The notes below the pieces were generated by a model. That model had not been told where the DNA came from. It did no database searches and was given only the letters and a program-made list of their open reading frames with translations. Source: Blastocladiella emersonii ATCC 22665 (taxonomy: Eukaryota; Fungi; Blastocladiomycota). Taken from it: a DNA stretch of 64,000 bases. The DNA lies in NCBI GenBank assembly GCA_025594325.1, contig JANHCV010000006.1, positions 868,001 to 932,000 of the forward strand. The letters run 5' to 3'. This document shows, in pieces, positions 55,214-64,000 of the stretch; position 1 is the first letter of the stretch, and the number at the start of each line of letters is the position of its first letter. A program made the position numbers and the translations under genes.

Positions 55214-58200
55214 CTAGGCGACGACCATGCGACGCAGGACCGCCGCGTTCTCGGGCCCCGTCTCGTCGACGAGCGCCGCAAACGCCGAGTCGCCGCGCGC
55301 GAGCAGGTCCCTTGGCGGCGCAAACTCGCGCACCCGGCCGGCGTCCATGAACAGGATGTAGTCCGAGTCCATGATCGTGTTGAGCCTACACTCCCGGTGG
55401 TCAGACTTTCCTCGGCGGTGACGATAGAGTGAGAACGTACCGGTGAGCGACCGTGAGCACCGTCGCGCGGGCAAAGTTGCGCGACCGGACGACCGACTGG
55501 ATCAGCGCGTCCGTTTCGTTGTCGACGGCCGCGCTCGCCTCGTCCTATTGGTCCCAAAAGTCAGTCGCGGACGGTGCGACGCGCACGAGAGGGGAGTAGC
55601 GTACCATGACCAGGATCCGCGCCTCGTGCACCATGGCGCGCGCGAGACACATGAGCTGCGCCGTGCCGACCGACAGCCCGACCACGGACAGGGGCGCGTC
55701 GAGCCGGGCCTCGTGCGCCTCGACCTGCGGCTTGAGACCCGTCTGGTCCAGGCTACACGACAGTGTCAGCGCACCGCGCCTGCCTCACGAGTGAGAAGCA
55801 CGCGTACCAGTCCCACAACCGCGCGTCGTCCACCTCGCCGAGCGGGTCGAGGTTGCTGCGCACCGACCCGGTGAAAAGCTGCGGCTGCTGCGGGATCACG
55901 GCGATCCGCCGACGCAGCTCGAGCAGCGGCACGTCCGCCGTGTCGACCCCGTCAATCTCGATCGACCCGCTGCTTGGCTCGGCGAGACGGAACAGCGCCG
56001 CGAGCAACGTCGACTTGCCGCTCCCGGTTCTACGGGTAGCGTGTCAGTGCTGCTCTTGACCGAGTGCCGACAACGAAGCGAACGTACCGCCCGACGATCC
56101 CAACCTTGGCCCCCGCGGGAATCTTGACCGACATGCGCCGCATCGCGGGCTCGAGCCCGGGCCGGTACGCGAGCGTGACGTCGCGGAACTCGATCTCGCC
56201 GTGCTGCGGCCACTCGGCGGGCACGACCTGCTCCGCCGGGACATCCACACTCGGCCGCTCGACGGGAACCTGCTCGCAGTACGCGAGGATCCGCTCGACG
56301 CTTGAAAGCTGCGTCTCGCCATCGGTCGCCATGCGGACCGTCCACGTCAGCGCGCCCGTCACCTGCAGCGCGTACGAGAGGCTGAGCCCGACGACGGCCG
56401 CCGACACGCCGAGGTCGCGCGGACCCGCCTGGCTGAGCACCGTCACGCCGAGAACACCAAACACGGCCGCCAGCAGCACCATGACCGCGCCCAGGAGCTC
56501 GAGCCGGATCGCGAGCCACCGCTGCGCCGCGAACTGCAGGAAGCTCGGCGACGAGCTCAGGTCGATCAGGCGCATGTGCGCCCGCGCGAACGCCGTCGTC
56601 TGCCCGTACGCGCGGATCGTGGCCGCGGCCGCGCCGCCCACCACGCCGCCGCCGCTGGTCGAGTCCGAGGAGGTCTTGCCGTCGCCGCCCTTCTTCTTCT
56701 GCTTCTTACCCTTCTTGGCCCCCACCGCGCCGCCACCCCCGCTGCCCCCGCCAAGCGACTCGCCGAGATGCGCGAGGAGCGGCGACCGCGCCATGGCCTC
56801 GATCCGCCGCAGCTCGCGCGACGTGCGGAGGTACCGCTGCTGGACGTGCGCGTAGACGGCGAGGAGCGGGACGAGCGGGACCGCGAACAGCGGCGTGGCG
56901 CCGACCATGACGGCGAGCGACGCGACCGTGTTCCCGAGCGACCCCGCGAGCTGGCGCACCGCCTCGGGCAGCGCCGCGTCGAGCGCGTCCTGGTCGCGGC
57001 TCATGCGGTTGATGATCCGCCCCGCCGGCTGCGTGTCGAAGAAGGCCATGGGCGCGCGCAGGAGGCGTTCGACTGCCGAGGCGTGCAGCGTGCGAGATGC
57101 GCGGACGCCGGCGACTGCGATGTGCGCGCCGTTGCCCAGCAGGGCCAGGATCTGTGCCGCGGCGAACGACGCGTAGATGCCGAGGTACGCCCCGCCGCCG
57201 TCGCCCGCGAGCGCCGCGATCCCGCCCGACGACCACAGCGACAGCCAAATGTCGCCGCCCGTGCGTGCGGCCTGCGCGAGCACGACGCCGAGGACCACGC
57301 CGAGACCCGTCAGCGTGCCGCCTGACGCGCGAAGATAGCTCCGGTACACGGACCACGACACGCTGCCCTTGACGCGGTCCTCGGCCGCGATCAGCGGGCC
57401 GCTCGGCTTCTTGGTCTTGGCGAGCGTGGTGCTGACGACAGACGCGGTCGAGCGGCGGCGACACGGCGTTGGAGAAGGTGTCGATGACGATGACGACGAC
57501 TCGAACTCCTCCTCCTGCGGGCTCGGCGTCGTCACCTCGCTCGACACCGTGGCCGACGCGCCGAGCATCTGCGCGAGCACGCCGCCGGACCTCTTCGCGA
57601 GCTCGTCGTACGTCCCGACCTCAGCGACGCGCCCGCCCTGCATCGCGACGACGAGATCCGCGTGCCGCGCGAGATGCACTGCGTGCGTCACGAGAACACG
57701 CGTCTTGCCCTTGAGCGCCGTGACGATGGCGCCGTGGAACAGCGCCGCCGCGACCCGCATATCGCACGCGGCGAGGATATCGTCGAGGAGGACGAGGTCG
57801 GCGTCGGCGTAGATGGCGCGCGCGAGGGCCACGCGGCTCTGCTGGCCGCCCGACAGCGTCGACCCTTGCTCGCCGACCTCGACCGTGTCGCTGCCGGGGA
57901 GCTGCTCGAGGTCCTTGTCGAGCGCCGCCGCGCGCAGCGCCGCGCGGTACCGCGCCGCGTCGTACGGCAGGCCGAAGGTCACGTTGGCGCGGATGCTCAC
58001 GTTCATCAGCACCGACTGCTGCGAGCAGTACGCGGCGAACGGGCGCGCGGGACCGATCGGCTCGCTCGTGCTCGTAGGCTCGGACACGATGAACTCGCCG
58101 CGCGTGTGCCGCATCTCGCCGAGGAGCGCCGAGAGAAACGAGCTCTTGCCGGAGTTGACACTGCCCACGACGATGACGAGGGCGCCGCGCGGGATCGACA

Positions 58201-59821
58201 GCGTGATGCCCGAAAGCGTCAGCGGGGTCGTCGCGTCCGACTCGGGCGCGTTCCACCGGAACTCGGCGTCGGTGAGCTGGATGTGCGGAGTAGCGGTGCC
58301 GGACGGCGCGACGCGGACGGGCTTGGCGCGCGGCGCGAGCTCGTCGGCCGTGAGCAGCGCCGTGACGCGATTGACGGCGACGCGCGCGTCGATGAGGAGC
58401 GGGACCATGGTCGGGAAGTCTACCGTGCGGGTGGAGAGGTTCGTGTCAGATCACTGAACGGATCACGAGCGTGAAGTGAAACGCGACGCGTCGTTCAACG
58501 TACAGAAGAGGGGGAGTTTAAGCAAGTTCAAACAAGCTAGGGCCGGGTACAATATCGGGACGCTCAGCGCGCCGCCGACGGCGTACACGTACGCGAAAAC
58601 GACGAGCGCGGCGAGCGTCGGGACCATCTTGGAGATCGCATTGAGCGCGGCGCGCCACAGCGCGAGCCGCCGGATATACACCATCTCCTGGTCGCGCAGC
58701 CCCAGCACCGCGTCGCGCCGGATCTCGTCCCACGCGAGCAGCTTGACGACGCGGATCGCGCCAATCGTCTCGGCGAGCGACCGCACGCGCGCGTCCGCGA
58801 ACGCCTGGTTCGCGCGACGGTACCGCGTCAGGAACCGGAGCACGCGGCTCTGCACCGGGATGAAGGCCACCATGAGCGCGAACGCCGCGAGCGCGCCGGC
58901 ACCGACGAGGCGGACGAGAAGGGCGAGGACCACGACGAGTTGGACCGGCAGCGACCACGCCATGTGTAGGTACGGCACCGCGAGCTCGAGGCGCGCCGCG
59001 TCCGTCGATGCCACGTTCTGGATCAGACCCGTATCAAACTGCGCGCGCGTGTGCGCCGCGAGCCGTTGCGTCTTGCGGAACACGGACGCGGTCACGGCGC
59101 CGCGCACGCGGATCCCGAGCCTGCGCGTCTGCACGAAATACGCCGAGTTGCTGAGCACGGCCACGACTTGGAGCAGGAACAGGGCCAGGGCGAGGAGGTA
59201 GCCGCGCGCGCCGTGATCGTCGCCGTGATCTGCGGCCGCGTGCGCGAACCCGCCGCGGTGCGCGTCCTCGTACCGCGTCAGGTACGCCATGAGCTCCTCG
59301 AACACGAGCGGCGAGACCATGGACGCGACAATGTTGACGACCAGGAATACGCCGGACCACAGCCACTCGGTGCCGTACGCGGTCCACATGGCGCGGAGGA
59401 ACGACGGCGGCTTGGCCACCGTGGCCGCGGTCACCGTGGCCGCCTTGGCCGCGGCCCTGTCGCGCTCGGCGGCCCAACACTCGACGAACCGCGCCTCGTT
59501 GCGCTCGGCGGACATGGACGCGTCGACTTGGTACATGTCGGCGGCGTCGAGCGGGCGGTCGAACCCGAGCCGGACGAGCGGCGTCAACCACGTCATGAAC
59601 AGACGCGACGCGAGCCCGGCCGTGGGTTCCGGGACCTCGACGTCGCAGTTGCGCGCTGGAAGCTGTTGCCGCGCGCGGGCGTACTTGGTGCGCGACGCCA
59701 TTGTATCGAAAAGGAGGATGTCGTCGGCGAGATCGGCGAGGTTGACGACTGACGGTTTGTCGGGGACGCGAGGGCCGCCGCTGGGCTTCTCGCCCAGCGT
59801 TTTGAGCGGGATCCGCGCCAT
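55214..59821 (-). CDS. ABCC/MRP-type ABC transporter (short form without TMD0, Yor1-like), multi-exon
   Basis: SRLFMTWLTPLVRLG, NBD1 GSVNSGKSS...LSGGQQSRVALARA..LLDD, FFDTQPAGRIINRMSRD, NBD2 GRTGSGKST...LSVGTAQLMCLARA...DEASAAVD. Confidence 0.93.
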
Positions 59822-60873
59822 GGTCGTGAGGTCTACGGGAACGACGACGACGCGCATCACGAGGATCAGTTTGGTCACGTCCTACTCTACGTTGTCGTCG
59901 CCATGGCGACAAGGGCGACCATGCACCGAGGATGGCGGCATCGCCGTGAACGACGCGAGGCGGCCATCACCGTTGATCAAACGGTGCAAGTCGCCTTAGA
60001 ATGTAGAGACGGGACGGCGACGGACCAGGTTGACGCGAAGGTGGGTCGTGCGAGTCGGTGGCCAAGGGCAGGCTGGGCCTCGTGGTCGGCCGGTGGTGCG
60101 GCAGTCGCTGCAGGGCGGAGAGCGGGAGCCGCGTAGCGACCCTCTTCCACCTCCACCACCTCGTCCGTGCGACCAACCCTCAGGGACCAGCAAAACATGT
60201 GATCCGGCCCTCTTCCTGACCTTTGCCTCCGATGGAAGGTGTCTCCATCTCGGCAACCGCGCTGATCGTCGCGATACACCGAGTCGGCTGTGCGCCGCCG
60301 CGAGACACTTGCACCGCGCGCCGCGGCACGCGTCGCGAACGTCCGGCCGGCCACAGGCCGATCCTTTGGTCCGCACGCTCGGGTTCGGGTCGGTCGCGCC
60401 CTGAAACCCCCGCGGCGGTCGGATGCTCGCTTCCGCGACGCGCGTGTTATCGCTTTCCCATCGCAGGTCGCGCGCTGCGTGCGTCAACGGTTGTGATCCG
60501 TCGGCGTAGATCGATCGCGACGCTTGTGCACGCGAGGCTTAAACTATGCCTCCGTCCGGGCAGGGACTGACGACCGACGGCTGACGCGTCACGACGACGC
60601 GTCGCTCATGTTGATCGTCAAGGTGATGGCGAACTGGCTTGAGCATGCATGCGGGCGGAAGCTGCACGTCTAGTTATATGTTGTACGATGGCGGGTGGGG
60701 GGATGGTGAAGGTGAAGATGGAGTAGAATAGATAGGCGGGACGGGTAGACACAAGAGGGAAAAGAGGGAGCGGGGGACAGTCGTCAAGACTAGCCAATAA
60801 TTAGGACGGGAAGGGGAGGGAGATTACACGAAGGGAAGGACAGGTGGGTGGAGCGACGCGACGGTCGTCACTA

Positions 60874-63435
60874 CTACTGCTGCTGCTGCGACTGCAGCTC
60901 GGCCGGCGGCGGTGCGGGCGAGTCAGCGAGCCGGAGGTAGCTGGTCGCCGGCGGCGGCGGGGGCGGGGCCATGGGCTGCAACTGCTGCTGCTGCTCCTGG
61001 CCTTGTGGTGGATGAGGATGGTGGTGGTGATAGAACGGCTGCTGCTGCGGCTGCGGCGGCGGCTGGTACTGCTGAGGCGGCGGCTGCTGGTACACGAACG
61101 ACTGCGGGTGCTGCTGGAACGGCTGCTGCTGTTGCTGGAACTGCATCTGCTGTTGTTGCTGGTGCATCTGCATCTGCTGGAACTGCTGCATCTGCTGCAT
61201 CTGGAGCTGCTGCTGCTGCTGGTGGTGCTGCTGCTGCTCGGGCGTCGCGTGGACAAACGACGGGACCTGGCCGAGGACGATCGGGGCCATGGGCGCCGGC
61301 ATCCCCATCGCGTGCGCGGCGGCCGCTGCCGTCGGGTGCGGGAGCGGTGCGCCGTTGAGCGAGGGCGTAGGCGGAGCCGACGACGCAGCGGACGTAGACG
61401 CGCCCGACGACGCGGCATCCGCGTCCCCCGCCCCCGCGGCCTCCTTCCCCGCCGCCGACTTACCGCTCGTCTTGCGGCGCTTGGTCGTCGACATGCTGGC
61501 AGCGGCGGCGGTGCCGGGCGGGAGCTTCCCCTGGGCCTCGAGGTCCTCGAGCTCGGCCTTGGTGAGGAACCGGCCGCCGGGCCCGCGCGGGCGCCGCATC
61601 GCGTGCTTGTGGCGCGACTCGTGCAGGTACGGCTTGCGCGAGCGGGCGCCCTTGAGCTCGTTCTCGAGCCGCAGCCGCGCCGCACGGCGCTTGATGATGC
61701 GGTGGTACTGCTTAGCGTTCACGTACATGGGCTCCTCCTCGACGGGCGGCGGCGCCATGGGCGGCATGCCCGCGGGGCCGGCGGCGGGGGGTGGCGGGGG
61801 CGGCGGCGCCTGGGTTCCCGGCGCGACCTGCGCGGCCTGAACGGCGGCGGCGGTCGCGACGTGCACCATCATGGGCGCGTGGAGCTGCTGCTGCTGCTGC
61901 TGACCGGGCTGCTGCGGCTGCTGTTGCGCGACGGGATGGCCCATGTTGCCGACGGCGGTCGGCGTGACGACAGCGCCGAGCGCGGGCGACGCGAGGGCGT
62001 GCGGCTGCTGCGGCATGCTAGCCGCCGCGACGGCCGCGATCGCCATATCGGGCGCGGTGGCGATCAGGTTTCCGTTGGGCCCGACCATGGGTGATATGGT
62101 AGCGGCGTAGTGCGGACCGACGAACGGCGACGCGTGCGCGGTGGCGGGCGCCGAGGCGGACATGAGCGCCATGGCGGGATCGTGTGCGCCGGGGAGGGGT
62201 GTTGGTGGAAGCGAGGCGTGCTGCTGTTGTTGTTGGGACGGATGAGGAAGATGGTGGTGGTGTTGCTGCGTGAGATGATGGTGGTGGTGGTGCTGGGACT
62301 GATCCTGCAGTCCCTGCTGCTGTTGCTGTTGCGCGAGAGCGAACCCGAGCCCGTTGGGCGCCGGTGTCGTAGTCGTAGTGGCGGCGCGCGGCGCGCCGTG
62401 GTGGACGAGCGGGGAGGGGATGGGCGCCTGCAGCGATCCGGGCGGGTGCATGCCGCCGCCGTTGGCGAGGTGCTGCTGGATCTGCGGCGAGACGTGCATT
62501 CCGTTGCCCGGCGTCGAGCCCGCGAGCATAAGAACAGCGGCGGGCGGCGCGGGGCTCGGGTGCGCCGAGGACGACTGCGAGCCAGTCGCACTCGACTGCG
62601 CGTTCATGAGGTTGGCGAGCGACGGCAGGTTCGCCATGCCACTAGCGGCGGGGTGGTGGTGATGATGATGGTGGTGGTGCAGGTCCGAGGTGGAGAAGAC
62701 GGACGAGTGCAGGTCAATGGCCGACGACAGGTGGGGCAGGCCGGCGGTGATGCTTGGCAGCGTCGAGTGGTGGTGCGCGTGGTGCTGCTGGTGCTGGTGG
62801 TGATCCATGGGCGGCGGCGCGCTCAGGCCGCCGACCGGCGAGGGCGAGAGGAGCGAGGGAAGCTGCTGCGAGTGCTGCTGCGACTGCGAGTGCTGCGACT
62901 GGTCGGATGCGAGTCCCATGGCCTGGTCGAGCGTGCCAGCGCCAGTGCCCGCAGTCACGCCCGCGGCGGCAGCGAGGTCCTGGGCGTGGTGCGCGGCGGT
63001 GCCGAAAAGGACCGGGTCGGCAGCGGGACTCTGGCCGATCGAGGACGCGGCGTCGAGGCCAGAGGGCGCGGGCGAGGCGGCGGCAGCGAGGCTCACCGAG
63101 GGGCTGTGCATGGCGGCGGCGGCGGCAGCGGACGCGGCGTCGTTGGCGACGAGGTGGTCCTGGAACATGGTGGGCTGCGCGGAGGCGAGCGAACCGGGCG
63201 CGAAGCTGATGCCGGGCATGATCGCAGCCGCCGGTTGCTGCGGTTGAGGGGGAACCGGCGGGCCCATGGCGGACGCGAGGTCGGCGGCAGCGGCGGCCTG
63301 CGCCTGGTCGGCGGACACGTCCGAGCGAGGCTCGGTGTCGTTGAGCTTCTGCTGCTCGTGCTGCTGCTGCACCTCGACCACGGCCGGATCGGCAGGCGCG
63401 GGCGCGGCGGTGGGCGCCTCGAGCGGCAGATCCAT
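60874..63435 (-). CDS. HAP2: CCAAT-binding factor subunit Hap2/NF-YA with long Q/H-rich regions (853 aa, intronless)
   Basis: [21 protein letters not shown]...[26 protein letters not shown]. Confidence 0.95.
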   Translation of the reverse strand: MDLPLEAPTAAPAPADPAVVEVQQQHEQQKLNDTEPRSDVSADQAQAAAAADLASAMGPPVPPQPQQPAAAIMPGISFAPGSLASAQPTMFQDHLVANDAASAAAAAAMHSPSVSLAAAASPAPSGLDAASSIGQSPAADPVLFGTAAHHAQDLAAAAGVTAGTGAGTLDQAMGLASDQSQHSQSQQHSQQLPSLLSPSPVGGLSAPPPMDHHQHQQHHAHHHSTLPSITAGLPHLSSAIDLHSSVFSTSDLHHHHHHHHHPAASGMANLPSLANLMNAQSSATGSQSSSAHPSPAPPAAVLMLAGSTPGNGMHVSPQIQQHLANGGGMHPPGSLQAPIPSPLVHHGAPRAATTTTTPAPNGLGFALAQQQQQQGLQDQSQHHHHHHLTQQHHHHLPHPSQQQQQHASLPPTPLPGAHDPAMALMSASAPATAHASPFVGPHYAATISPMVGPNGNLIATAPDMAIAAVAAASMPQQPHALASPALGAVVTPTAVGNMGHPVAQQQPQQPGQQQQQQLHAPMMVHVATAAAVQAAQVAPGTQAPPPPPPPAAGPAGMPPMAPPPVEEEPMYVNAKQYHRIIKRRAARLRLENELKGARSRKPYLHESRHKHAMRRPRGPGGRFLTKAELEDLEAQGKLPPGTAAAASMSTTKRRKTSGKSAAGKEAAGAGDADAASSGASTSAASSAPPTPSLNGAPLPHPTAAAAAHAMGMPAPMAPIVLGQVPSFVHATPEQQQHHQQQQQLQMQQMQQFQQMQMHQQQQQMQFQQQQQPFQQHPQSFVYQQPPPQQYQPPPQPQQQPFYHHHHPHPPQGQEQQQQLQPMAPPPPPPATSYLRLADSPAPPPAELQSQQQQ

Positions 63436-64000
63436 GGGGCCGGCGAGGATGAGAGTGTGTACAGGTGACGAAAGCTACATGGCCAGACAACGAAAAAGGT
63501 GAGTTGAGAGCGGCAGGGAGCAGGTGGGTGGCGAAGCCGGGCGGCGAGGTGAAGCGACCGACGCGGCGCGATGCGCCACCTTGGGCTCGATCTCCTCCTC
63601 CCCCTCTCTCCGCCCCCGCGCCCGCCTGTTGGGGGAAGCACAGCAGCCAGCGTACCTCGCGCAGTCTATCGGCTGAGCCGCCGAGGGTGCGCAGGTGCGT
63701 CGCGATGCGGGATCAGCGGCAATCACGCACGGGCTCGAGGTCGCGGTCACGGTGCTCGCTCGTAGTCGTCGACAGGCCAGCCAGTCGATGGCGCGGGTGA
63801 GCACGCGCGCGGGTAGGTGGTACGGCGGCGCTCGTGCGTCAGCGGCGGCGGACGCTGGTTGGTCCGCGGCCGGCGTGGAAGGGGGGACAGGGATTTGCGC
63901 AACGACGGGGCCAGCAGCGCGCGGAACACGGGGCGTCGCGGATCGCAGGGGGCGGTGGGTGCGGCGGCGGCGGCGGCGGCGTCAGCGGAGCGACGTGAGT

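Noticed and set aside
59996-60487. Short ORFs on both strands in the 60-kb intergenic region
   Set aside because: No typical start context, no recognisable motifs and no consistent splice structure.
60868-60876. Triple stop TAG TAG TGA after HAP2
   Set aside because: Most simply the tail of the CAG repeat mutated to TAG; no functional claim can be supported.
1-64000. CRISPR arrays, prokaryotic defence systems, rRNA, LTR/TIR transposons
   Set aside because: The window is intron-containing eukaryotic DNA; I saw no repeat-spacer arrays, rRNA motifs, RT/transposase ORFs or terminal repeats.

Overview
Gene-dense, GC-rich eukaryotic DNA with short (~40-80 nt) GT-AG introns (GCTGAC/CTAAC-type branch sites) and (A/C)CACCATG start contexts. 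It is fungal (Zn2Cys6 factor, AIM18, SFC1, RSM27) and probably a zoosporic, Blastocladiomycota-like fungus; that placement is inferred from a centriole gene, class-A GPCRs, TMCO1 and LPA1. I can support about 31 protein-coding genes plus one pseudogene fragment, and no rRNA, tRNA, CRISPR array or recognisable transposon. Most genes are housekeeping (PFS2, cis-prenyltransferase, RSM27, NDUFB4, CCA1, UBP14, two mitochondrial carriers, GRS1, ATP20, eIF4E2, SDS22, an ABCC pump, HAP2). The most interesting part is 11.5-24.4 kb. It holds two paralogous rhodopsin-like (class A) GPCR genes that both keep a lysine in TM7, separated by an apparent insert (a dead kinesin-13 fragment and an intronless ankyrin-like+LRR gene), and a third unrelated 7TM gene. 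All three receptor genes have GTCTCRCACC and a CACGTG E-box upstream. Other notable items are a CEP295/Ana1-like centriole gene, an RA-PH-AGC kinase with repeated KLxxFFG motifs and no hydrophobic motif, a plant-LPA1-like kinase and a BCL7-like SWI/SNF micro-gene. Homology calls are from remembered family motifs, not database searches. Exon boundaries were read by hand.
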